Positions 8,070 to 15,827 of a DNA stretch of 32,000 nt are shown one piece after another; the stretch's first letter is position 1; each line of letters opens with the position of its first letter. Under the pieces are notes generated by a model, which was not told the origin of the DNA, did not search any database, and was given only the letters and a program-made list of their open reading frames with translations. The translations under genes and the position numbers were made by a program. The DNA is from Sulfolobus acidocaldarius DSM 639. Lineage in GTDB: Archaea > Thermoproteota > Thermoprotei_A > Sulfolobales > Sulfolobaceae. The stretch covers positions 330,001 to 362,000 of the forward strand of contig NC_007181.1 in assembly GCF_000012285.1 (NCBI RefSeq). Reading direction: 5' to 3'.

Positions 8070-8867
8070 TTATGCTTCATCAACTACTTTCTTTTTCGGT
8101 CTAAATGAATGTGCATGGGAAGGATCGTACACACTAGACCTTATTTGATCCTTATATCTGTTTGGATCTGCAACCTTACCCACAATAATCATACTGTCCT
8201 TCGTCAACTTTTCAGCCTTAACTTTCTGAGCTATATCACCAACTGTTCCTTTGAGTATCTTCTGCTCAGGCCACGTTGCTTTGTATACTACAATTACTGG
8301 CATATCGTCAGGTACTCCTCCCTCTTTCAGTTCCCTAACTACCTTATCTATGAGTTGAACACCTGTATATATTGCCATTGAAGCACCTTTCATAAGAAAG
8401 GGTGCATAGTCTTTTATTGAACCCTCCATAGGAACTGCACCGGAAGCTCTTGTGATAATAACTGTTTGTGAAATCTTAGGTAAGGTTAACTCAATACCTA
8501 GAACACTTGCGGTTGCTATTGCAGCAGTTATCCCGGGAACTAATTCATAAGGTATTCCTGCATCTTGCAGAGCCCAAATCTCCTCTATAAGGGCGCCATA
8601 TATGGAAAAGTCTCCGGATTTTAACCTAGCTATTAACTTTCCCTCGTTGGCTTTCTTTATCATTATATCAGTTATCTCCTCCAAAGTTAAGCTTGCTGTA
8701 TTTACTATTTCAGCGTCCTTCCTAGCCCACTTTAATACTTGAGGATTAACTAATGATCCAGCGTAAAGTACTACATCAGCGTCCTCTATAACGTTTTTAG
8801 CTCTTACAGTAATAAGTTCAGGATCTCCGGGACCTGCACCTATGAAAACAACTTTACCCTTTTTCAT
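8070..8867 (-). CDS. cbiF: cobalt-precorrin-4 C11-methyltransferase
   Basis: VVFIGAGPGDPELITVRA...VVLYAGSLVNPQVL is the CbiF/CobM-specific YAGSLV signature within the class III tetrapyrrole methylase fold. Confidence 0.9.
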   Translation of the reverse strand: MKKGKVVFIGAGPGDPELITVRAKNVIEDADVVLYAGSLVNPQVLKWARKDAEIVNTASLTLEEITDIMIKKANEGKLIARLKSGDFSIYGALIEEIWALQDAGIPYELVPGITAAIATASVLGIELTLPKISQTVIITRASGAVPMEGSIKDYAPFLMKGASMAIYTGVQLIDKVVRELKEGGVPDDMPVIVVYKATWPEQKILKGTVGDIAQKVKAEKLTKDSMIIVGKVADPNRYKDQIRSSVYDPSHAHSFRPKKKVVDEA

Positions 8868-9525
8868 TATTTCTCACCTTACATATCAACATTGAAAAAT
8901 AATCTTTATCGTACTCATTTTCACTCCACGGTATAACCTTCTCCCCGTCTAAATAACACCTCCTTGCATACAGAAGATCATAGTCGTCTTTAAGTTCCTC
9001 CGATATTTTGTCCAAGTTCTCATTACCCTTCAATACTATGATGGTCTCAAAGTCCTGTTTAACCTTTGAAATCAGATCTAATCGGTCAGCGGGAATAATT
9101 GCTATAGCCTCATTTCTTAAGGCTAAAGGCATGAAAGCCTTTGAAGCACATGCAGTTATAGACGAAACACCGGGGACAATCTCAACACTATTAAAACATC
9201 CAAGATAATTACTTACCCTAAAAAATGTACTGTATAGGGAGGGGTCTCCAAGAGTAACAAAAGCCGAGAGAGACTTAGATTTACTACAAATTTCCTCTCC
9301 TATTCTTTCCAAATCCTTTGGGTCAACGTCCTTTTTCATTGGAAAACCCAAAGTGACTATCTCTGCCTTACTGTACTTCTCCACTATACTCAAGGCTAAG
9401 CTCCTGTTAGTGCCAGTTGAATAGGGCACAAAAACGACCTCAGCTTTACTTAGAATTTCCGAACCCCTTACAGTTATCAGATTTGGATCTCCAGGACCTA
9501 AACCTATAACATACAACTGTCTCAT
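8854..9525 (-). CDS. cbiL: cobalt-factor II (precorrin-2) C20-methyltransferase
   Basis: LYVIGLGPGDPNLITVRG...VVFVPYS..., 223 aa. Tetrapyrrole methylase of the CbiL/CobI type. Overlaps cbiT and cbiF at both ends. Confidence 0.85.
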   Translation of the reverse strand: MRQLYVIGLGPGDPNLITVRGSEILSKAEVVFVPYSTGTNRSLALSIVEKYSKAEIVTLGFPMKKDVDPKDLERIGEEICSKSKSLSAFVTLGDPSLYSTFFRVSNYLGCFNSVEIVPGVSSITACASKAFMPLALRNEAIAIIPADRLDLISKVKQDFETIIVLKGNENLDKISEELKDDYDLLYARRCYLDGEKVIPWSENEYDKDYFSMLICKVRNNEKG

Positions 9526-10100
9526 TTTTTCTCACCATATATTATGAAAATTGGGTTTCTTGAAATCATAGCATATCCCTTGCTCGTTTTCATTCCCTTT
9601 GCAACTATTACTTCAATCACTTCAGCCTTATAGCCTAATTCGCTGAGAGTGTGTAAAGCCTTTACTGCACTTTCAATCAGAATGGCATCAAGGACAATCA
9701 TACCTCCCCTTCTAATCTTTTCACTAACAACAGGTATGATTTCTTCTAACCTTTCAGTACCACCTATGAATGCAGAGTCAAGTTCATCATTTATTTTATT
9801 CAATACCTCTGGTGCTTCACCCTCAATAATCTCCACGTTTCTAAGGGAGAATTTCTCCACATTTTTCCTTGTAAGTTCCACAGCCTGAGGATCCCTCTCA
9901 ACAGCATACACTTTACCCTTCTCCCCAACAATTAGCCCTGCCTCTACAGAAACACTACCTGTTCCACTGCCCACATCTAGGAACTTTGCACCGTAGAATA
10001 GCCTAGCCTTGGAAAGAGCTAAAACTCTTATCTCCTCCTTAGTCATAGGGATCTTCTCCTCTCTTATAAATTCCTCATCAGGGATACCTGGGACTCTCAT
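9522..10100 (-). CDS. cbiT: cobalt-precorrin-6B C15-methyltransferase (decarboxylating)
   Basis: GIPDEEFIREEKIPMTKEEIRVLALSKARL....FLDVGSGTGSVSVEA is the classic CbiT N-terminus plus a class I SAM-binding motif. Confidence 0.9.
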   Translation of the reverse strand: MRVPGIPDEEFIREEKIPMTKEEIRVLALSKARLFYGAKFLDVGSGTGSVSVEAGLIVGEKGKVYAVERDPQAVELTRKNVEKFSLRNVEIIEGEAPEVLNKINDELDSAFIGGTERLEEIIPVVSEKIRRGGMIVLDAILIESAVKALHTLSELGYKAEVIEVIVAKGMKTSKGYAMISRNPIFIIYGEKK

Positions 10101-11164
10101 ACTTCACCACTCTTTGCCATAATTTTACCATCCTCAGAGATAACTACAACTCCTAATTTTAATTTACTCACTCTTTTTAGTTTCTCGAGTGCTCTATCTG
10201 ATACCACTTTCATAACCTTCTGCCGTTCTTCATCTGTGAGATATGATAACCCCTCTGAGATGGAAAGGGATTTCACTATTTTTTGGATTTTTTCCAGGGA
10301 AATGCCTGCTACTACCGACGAGAAAGTCAAAGTCTCTAACCTTGCGTCACCGAATTTACTGTGAGTGTTTAGCATTCCTGCAGCTACCTTAACGAGTTTT
10401 CCGGGTAAACTAACAAGAATCACTTGAGAAAACCCTAACTCCTCAGCTACCTTTAACGATGAACCTACGTTGTCCCCTATCTTGATGACTTTATCACCGT
10501 AAATTTCCCTAGCGAACTTAAAACTAGTATTCCCTGGAGCAAGGACTAAAGTTTTATGACCTGTACTTTTTACTACACACGCTTCAGACTTTATATGCTC
10601 GATATAATCCTCATCACTTACAGGATATTCAATTCCTGTAGTACCAAGTATTGAAATACCTCCTTCAACTCCAACTAAAGGGTTCATAGTGTTCTTTGCC
10701 AACTCCTCTCCCTTAGGTACATATAATTTTACGTAAACACCAGAACTTACCACTTCCTTTACAGCGTCAATAATCATCTGTTTAGCTATTGGACTAATGG
10801 ATTTATCTCCCACATCTCCTTTAAGTCCAGGTCTAGTTATTGTGCCCACCCCTTCTTCTGCTGTAATGGTTATAGTCTGAGAGTTACTCCTACCTGAACA
10901 CGCAATAATTTCAAGACCGTCAAGTATATCAGGATTGTCCCCAGAAAACTTCTTTGCAGAGGCACAAAACTCACTCTCTTTTCTACTGTAATTTCCCACT
11001 GATATCTCTAGTCTCAGACCAATAGGCGTTGGGATGGTGACAGTTTTTGGTGTTTCGTTTTTAATCAAAAAGATAACTGAAGCCTTTGATGCTGCTGCGG
11101 CAGTTGCACCAGTAGTTATTCCAAATCTCTTAAGTGTTGACATCAAGGCTGTATTTCCTCTCAT
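10097..11164 (-). CDS. cbiD: cobalt-precorrin-5B C1-methyltransferase
   Basis: FGITTGATAAAASKA N-terminal motif and about 350 aa length, typical of CbiD. An alternative start is Met8 (11143). Confidence 0.9.
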   Translation of the reverse strand: MRGNTALMSTLKRFGITTGATAAAASKASVIFLIKNETPKTVTIPTPIGLRLEISVGNYSRKESEFCASAKKFSGDNPDILDGLEIIACSGRSNSQTITITAEEGVGTITRPGLKGDVGDKSISPIAKQMIIDAVKEVVSSGVYVKLYVPKGEELAKNTMNPLVGVEGGISILGTTGIEYPVSDEDYIEHIKSEACVVKSTGHKTLVLAPGNTSFKFAREIYGDKVIKIGDNVGSSLKVAEELGFSQVILVSLPGKLVKVAAGMLNTHSKFGDARLETLTFSSVVAGISLEKIQKIVKSLSISEGLSYLTDEERQKVMKVVSDRALEKLKRVSKLKLGVVVISEDGKIMAKSGEV

Positions 11165-11885
11165 ACCCTCTTGGCGTCAATATTCTATTTCCCCACAAAT
11201 AGCTACGTGAATTCCCAACAACCACTGTAGTAATCATGTTAATTTTATCTTCGTATTCTCTCCAGTTCGAGAGCGTCGTGGTAAATACCTCTTCTGACTC
11301 CCTATAAGCACCTTTCACTATTCCCACTGGAGTCTCAGGCTTCCTATACTCTGAAATAATTTTCATGGCTTTTTCAAGAAGAGGCTTATTTATAGGGTTA
11401 TACAGGACTATTACAAAATCTGCCTCTGCAGCTTTTCTCACCCTGAATAGGATATCCTCCGCAGGGACTAGTAAGTCACTCAGACTAATTGAGGCGAAAT
11501 CCATTGATAGCGGTGAACCAAGTCTAGATGCTGCAGCTAACCCTGCAGTAACACCGGGAATTACCTCAAAGTCTACCTGAATTTTATTCTTATACATCAT
11601 TTCCAAAGTAATTCCAGCCATTCCGTAAACTTGTGGATCGCCACTTGAAATAAGAGAGACAACATTTCCTTCCATGGCTTTTTCCAAGGCTGTTCTAGCC
11701 CTATAGATCTCCTCTTTCATTCTGGCAGTTATGACTTCCTTACCGTCAGTTAGGTCTTTCACTAAATCAGCATAAGTGGTGTAAGCAACGATTACATTAC
11801 TCTCCTTTATGGCTTGAACTGCTCTAATCGTTCTCATCTCTGGTGAACCAGGACCTACACCAACAATATACAATTTGCCCTTCAT
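11130..11885 (-). CDS. cbiH: cobalt-factor III (precorrin-3B) C17-methyltransferase
   Basis: KLYIVGVGPGSPEMRTIRAVQAIKESNVIVAYTTYADLV is the CbiH/CobJ pattern (GPG, then xYxxY). Confidence 0.9.
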   Translation of the reverse strand: MKGKLYIVGVGPGSPEMRTIRAVQAIKESNVIVAYTTYADLVKDLTDGKEVITARMKEEIYRARTALEKAMEGNVVSLISSGDPQVYGMAGITLEMMYKNKIQVDFEVIPGVTAGLAAASRLGSPLSMDFASISLSDLLVPAEDILFRVRKAAEADFVIVLYNPINKPLLEKAMKIISEYRKPETPVGIVKGAYRESEEVFTTTLSNWREYEDKINMITTVVVGNSRSYLWGNRILTPRGYERKYSLDVNT

Positions 11886-12883
11886 ATCCTGACCCTCCTA
11901 ATTAGTTCATTAATTATTGCAACTGCAATATTACTTCCACCATAACTTCCCCTTACTACTATACATGGAATACCACTTTTTATCAGTTGTTCTTTTACTT
12001 CGCTTGCGTTAGTAAATCCTGGAGGAGATGCAACAACTAACGGAATGTCAACCTTTCTTTCCTCATGAATTCTTAACACCTCTAACAAAGCAGTAGGTGC
12101 ATTACCTATTACAACAATCTTTGATGAGTTTAGCCCAAGTCTCATTGCAGCTGCAGTCCTGGTTATACCCATTTTTTTAGCTAATTCTGATGAGTTATCA
12201 AGGTAATTCTCGACCTGTTCCCACCTAATACCGGCTTTCACCATTTTAACATCAGTTAGTATCGATATACCTGATCTCAAAGCTTCTAGACCACTCCCTA
12301 TTGCATCATAAGATATGTATACATGTTTAGCTAATTCAAAGTTCCCAGATGCGTAGACAGCCCTTGCGATTACCTCTAGCTCTTCATCATTAAAAACGCT
12401 GAAAATTTCTCTTAATTTCTCTCTTATCATGTTCATAGTATTTTCCTCAATCTCCTCAGGGTCTTCAATATAATGACCTTCTTCAACGTCCTTAAATGCG
12501 GATTTTATCCTGTAAAAAATAGCAAGTTTAACTAGTTCAGAATCTGCTAAAGGTTTGGTTATATATGCATAAATCCTCTTTCCGTTGTATGTTGTCTCAC
12601 TCCATCTGTAAAAGTCAGAAACGTTTAACTCGCCCATAATGTCATGGGCGACGTGATTTCCCCTGCCGAGAAATGCTAAGGCAAAAATAAAATGATCATA
12701 ACCATGTGATAAAAGTTCATTTAACCGCGTACGCCAATTAGGTTCAGTGAATTCATTATGTGTTAGATAAACTGGAATTCCCAGTTTCCTTTCCACATAC
12801 GATGTGACCTCTCCCATATCTTCAACAAACGTATTCCTTCTAGAACCATGAGTTAAAATTAAAACTGCAGTATTTTCTCGCAT
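11882..12883 (-). CDS. cbiC: fusion protein: small sirohydrochlorin cobaltochelatase (CbiX-S-like) N-domain + cobalt-precorrin-8 methylmutase (CbiC) C-domain
   Basis: N-domain: AVLILTHGSRR...PVYLTHNEF...FIFALAFLGRGNHVAHDI (CbiX-S pattern HGS ... FLxxGxHxxxDI). C-domain: DPEEIEENTMNMI...RAVYASGNFE...ILTDVKMVKAGI...VIGNAPTAL...PPGFTNA.E.K....GIPCIVVRGSYGGSNIA (CbiC/CobH pattern). The start is set at ATG 12883 (Met15 of the listed ORF), which has a TATA-like box at -26. Confidence 0.8.
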   Translation of the reverse strand: MRENTAVLILTHGSRRNTFVEDMGEVTSYVERKLGIPVYLTHNEFTEPNWRTRLNELLSHGYDHFIFALAFLGRGNHVAHDIMGELNVSDFYRWSETTYNGKRIYAYITKPLADSELVKLAIFYRIKSAFKDVEEGHYIEDPEEIEENTMNMIREKLREIFSVFNDEELEVIARAVYASGNFELAKHVYISYDAIGSGLEALRSGISILTDVKMVKAGIRWEQVENYLDNSSELAKKMGITRTAAAMRLGLNSSKIVVIGNAPTALLEVLRIHEERKVDIPLVVASPPGFTNASEVKEQLIKSGIPCIVVRGSYGGSNIAVAIINELIRRVRI

Positions 12884-12905
12884 TATGATGGATAGGGTAT
12901 CCAAA

Positions 12906-12913
12906 CATATAAA
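12906..12913 (-). promoter_or_regulatory. TATA-box candidate for the cbiX::cbiC-cbiH-cbiD-cbiT-cbiL-cbiF operon
   Basis: TTTATATG on the minus strand is centred about 26.5 nt upstream of ATG 12883. Confidence 0.35.
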
Positions 12914-13099
12914 CTTATGGCACAAACACGAATCTCTATAAAATTAAAATCGGAAGCACTATTTATAAAGCGTCATAGATTACATTAGTTACGTTAAGAC
13001 TGTAAAAATTCCCTCTATTTAGTCACATGTAACTTGTTCAGAAAGGCACTCTACATCTTACACATACAATAAACCTGAACTTGTAATCCCTTACCTTGA

Positions 13100-13756
13100 C
13101 TAACTTAATTTTACATAGACTATACTCATGTCACTGAATTTCAAGTCCATATCCAATATTTCCTTTGCCATGAAATGATTAACCTTTTCGTCACTGAAAC
13201 TGAGCCTCTCCATCACAACCATTTCAGGATTTAGACCCAAACCAACTAACCTCTCCGCTATCTTCTTTACTCCATATGAATAAGGTTCTGGGATTATCAA
13301 TAGATCCCTGCCCAAGGCTATACTCTTATCTATTTCAGTGTAATCTAATTCCCCTCTAATATGAAAAGTCATAAAGACTACCTGAGATAAATCCTTCTCA
13401 ACTAAAGCCAAAGCCCTCAATACAGAGGATATCCCAGGTACAACTTCATATTTAACATCAAACTGTCTGCATGATTCCCTGATCCTTCCAACGAACTGAA
13501 AATCAGAGACTGAGGGGTCGCCATGGTCTAATATAGCAACATCTTGTTCTCTGGCTCGTTTTACCAAATCGGGTATTTGCCTATCCTGGTCTTTATAATT
13601 TAGATATACTACCTCTTTTCCTGATAAATTAAATCTAGAAACTACACTCTGCCAACCGGCAACTATTTTACACTTCTCTATAATCTTTAGAGCCTTAAGT
13701 GTTATTAATTCAGGGTCTCCTGCACCTACACCCACTATGTAGAGCGTTTCAAACAC
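13100..13756 (-). CDS. cbiE: cobalt-precorrin-7 C5-methyltransferase
   Basis: LYIVGVGAGDPELITLKALKIIEKCKIVAGW... is a roughly 200-aa tetrapyrrole methylase of the CbiE type. It overlaps the cbiG end by 8 nt. Confidence 0.8.
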   Translation of the reverse strand: MFETLYIVGVGAGDPELITLKALKIIEKCKIVAGWQSVVSRFNLSGKEVVYLNYKDQDRQIPDLVKRAREQDVAILDHGDPSVSDFQFVGRIRESCRQFDVKYEVVPGISSVLRALALVEKDLSQVVFMTFHIRGELDYTEIDKSIALGRDLLIIPEPYSYGVKKIAERLVGLGLNPEMVVMERLSFSDEKVNHFMAKEILDMDLKFSDMSIVYVKLS

Positions 13757-14726
13757 CTGCTATTGCAACTGTTATTTTGCTCTTATAACTTATTTTCCTT
13801 AAGATCAACTTCGCAGAAGGACCTCCTGCTATGAATGCGCTGATCTCAGCTACGCCCTTTATTCCGAGTTCCTCCAATTTCTCACTAGGTGGGGTTAAAC
13901 ATTCGTCATTAAATGAATTTATAGTCTCCCAGTCGATCTTTTGAAACGGAATATTCAGACTTTTAGAGACTTCCTCTACAACCTCCCTTACTGAAGCTAT
14001 CTTCAACACCCTGTCCAATCCTACTTTCAACTGACCTAGAGCAAAATATATTGCCTCCTTAATTTCCTCGACAGAGGCTTCTTTCTTTGCACCTATTCCA
14101 ACATACAATTTCAATGGTCTGAGATAAACAGTGTTGTCGTCACCCATGTTCTCGTTTCCGTCCTTAATAACTTTAACAAAGTACTTACATTCAGCATCTT
14201 TACCTAAAACGTAATTGCCCTTAACTACTGGTAAAGAGTTCACGCCCTCAACACATACCTTTTCTCCCCTAATTAAAGCTGAGGTTACCCTGACTATCGC
14301 GTTAACATTAATCACCTTGCATATTAGTAAATTTGCCAACTCTTCTACGCTAGTCACCTGGTTTATCTCACTTGCTGTGGTTATTACGGGCGTGGCGTTT
14401 AATATTCTGGATATCTCAGAGGCGAGTTGGTTTGAACCCCAGTGGGAGCCCAACAAAGGAATAACAAACTTCAGGGAGTCATCAACTGCAATAACGGAGG
14501 GATCTACGTCTTTACTCTTAGCATACTTACATACAGTCCTTACAACTCCACCTAATGCCATAACGAAAACTAGTGCATCATAACAATTCCAAATCTTGCC
14601 TAACAAATTATCGTCATATTTAAAAAGCACACTTGGGTACTCTTTCTTAATAATGTTCCAGAGCTTTCTTGCACTGTCCTCAGCTGTAGCGTAAATTACT
14701 GCTATCCCTCTCCTCCAGTATATCAC
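13749..14726 (-). CDS. cbiG: cobalt-precorrin-5A hydrolase
   Basis: 325 aa with the three-part CbiG layout: N-terminal IAVIYAT..., middle ...[13 protein letters not shown]..., C-terminal ...[15 protein letters not shown]....L......L..IASV..K..E. GTG start overlaps the upstream stop (GTGA). Confidence 0.8.
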   Translation of the reverse strand: MIYWRRGIAVIYATAEDSARKLWNIIKKEYPSVLFKYDDNLLGKIWNCYDALVFVMALGGVVRTVCKYAKSKDVDPSVIAVDDSLKFVIPLLGSHWGSNQLASEISRILNATPVITTASEINQVTSVEELANLLICKVINVNAIVRVTSALIRGEKVCVEGVNSLPVVKGNYVLGKDAECKYFVKVIKDGNENMGDDNTVYLRPLKLYVGIGAKKEASVEEIKEAIYFALGQLKVGLDRVLKIASVREVVEEVSKSLNIPFQKIDWETINSFNDECLTPPSEKLEELGIKGVAEISAFIAGGPSAKLILRKISYKSKITVAIAGV

Positions 14727-15553
14727 AGCTCTCCCTCAAATACATAAATTCTTTTTACCTCGCTGTCCTTTACCCCTCTTGCCATACCAATAGTATTATA
14801 ATAAGCAGATACGAAACCCTTGCTGTCTAGTCCGATCATTCCTATGTTGTCCTTACCGAAAATCGAGGTCACCTTATTTATAACGCTTCTTATGGAGTCA
14901 TCAATAGAAATACCTAAGGATACAAGAATATCAACTTCTTTAGCAGGTAATGTCCTGAGTATAATTTCTCCTATTCCAGTGGAGGAAACTGCAACTCTCT
15001 CGGTTGCGTAAAAACCTGCCCCAGGTATAGGCGAATCTCCAACCCTTCCGGGTAATTTCCCCGAAATCCCACCAGTACTAGTTCCTGCAACCAGATTACC
15101 TTCTTTATCAAGTGCTACTGCACCCACAGTGTCGCCTGATCTTAGGGGAGACGTAATTGAAGTTTCTATGGTGACAAGGGATTCCTCTCCTCTATTACCT
15201 ACCAATAGCACATGTCTTCCGTTCTTGAGAACTTTTAGAGCTTCCCTTATTGGGTTTTTAACTTTGACAGAAGCTACAGCACCAACCCTTAATGTGTTAC
15301 CATGCATTATCCCTGCATCCATCTCGACCTCGCCTTTGGAATTTTTCACACTTCCCACGCCTGCATCGAATACTCCGCAATCCTCCATGTAAGCTATAGC
15401 TTCCACAACAGCTTCGAGACTTGATCCCCTCTTAAATTCATCATAACCCCTTTCAAGAGCTTTCTCCAGTTCAACTAAAGCTCTTTCATGATTCCTCTTA
15501 TCCCAATTCCCAGCTCCACCATGGATACCTAAAATAGGAACTTTATATTTCAT
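14723..15553 (-). CDS. isoaspartyl peptidase / L-asparaginase (plant-type, Ntn-hydrolase)
   Basis: IHGGAGNW..., the autoprocessing and nucleophile site [23 protein letters not shown], and [16 protein letters not shown]. The start is set at ATG 15553 (Met9 of the listed ORF), which has a TATA-like ATTTTTAT about 27 nt upstream. Confidence 0.85.
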   Translation of the reverse strand: MKYKVPILGIHGGAGNWDKRNHERALVELEKALERGYDEFKRGSSLEAVVEAIAYMEDCGVFDAGVGSVKNSKGEVEMDAGIMHGNTLRVGAVASVKVKNPIREALKVLKNGRHVLLVGNRGEESLVTIETSITSPLRSGDTVGAVALDKEGNLVAGTSTGGISGKLPGRVGDSPIPGAGFYATERVAVSSTGIGEIILRTLPAKEVDILVSLGISIDDSIRSVINKVTSIFGKDNIGMIGLDSKGFVSAYYNTIGMARGVKDSEVKRIYVFEGEL

Positions 15554-15574
15554 AATTACTAGAGAAGGAGAACA

Positions 15575-15584
15575 CATAAAAATT
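15575..15584 (-). promoter_or_regulatory. TATA-box candidate for the asparaginase-cbiG-cbiE transcription unit
   Basis: AATTTTTATG on the minus strand is centred about 27 nt upstream of ATG 15553. Confidence 0.3.
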
Positions 15585-15689
15585 ATTCGTGTCTTGGATA
15601 ATTACTCTTCAGAACGTGTTCATAAAGTGCATTCGGACTTTATATCCCGTAAATTTTTTCATAACACTAGAAAAATTAGTATAGTTAGG

Positions 15690-15739
15690 ATGATGTACTT
15701 TCACCCTCACTGAAAGGTGAGGATGAGTCCGACTACTGA
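15690..15739 (+). ncRNA. C/D box sRNA candidate (2'-O-methylation guide)
   Basis: C box AUGAUGU (15690-15696), 13-nt spacer, D' CUGA (15710-15713), 3-nt linker, C' GUGAGGA (15717-15723), 12-nt spacer, D CUGA (15736-15739). This is the canonical archaeal C-12-D'-3-C'-12-D layout with one extra nt. It lies in an intergenic region. Confidence 0.5.
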
Positions 15740-15778
15740 CGCAATAGAAAACTCAAGGAGGGATTAACATTCACGTTT

Positions 15779-15827
15779 TCAGTAAGGCCAGGTGCGCTCA
15801 CTAATCGCCTACTGGTGATATCATCAT
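15779..15827 (-). ncRNA. C/D box sRNA candidate overlapping the stop codon of the upstream CDS
   Basis: On the minus strand: perfect C box AUGAUGA (15827-15821), 12-nt spacer UAUCACCAGUAG, degenerate D' GCGA (15808-15805), 3-nt linker, degenerate C' GUGAGCG (15801-15795), 12-nt spacer CACCUGGCCUUA, perfect D box CUGA (15782-15779). Spacing is exactly 12/3/12. Confidence 0.5.

Noticed and set aside
12926-13099. A possible cobalamin riboswitch or other leader element in the only sizeable gap inside the cbi block.
   Set aside because: There is no B12-box-like GC-rich core or extended pairing. The region is AT-rich and lies mostly upstream of the predicted TATA box, so it would not be transcribed with the operon. 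Cobalamin riboswitches are not established in Crenarchaeota.
14215-14583. A 122-aa plus-strand ORF antisense to cbiG. Many similar antisense ORFs appear in the track, for example 611-805, 723-1010, 2434-2694, 3015-3236, 3083-3400, 4099-4320, 4159-4341, 7291-7500, 8109-8381, 9008-9208, 9649-9888, 11365-11580, 14820-15011, 15129-15392, 16977-17162, 17622-17810, 21339-21530, 22930-23190, 23611-23799, 25379-25573, 25398-25691, 25874-26092 and 30028-30243.
   Set aside because: These are shadow ORFs opposite genes with strong family signatures. Their products are low-complexity Ser/Thr/Ile/Leu-rich with no recognisable motifs. I found no independent support.
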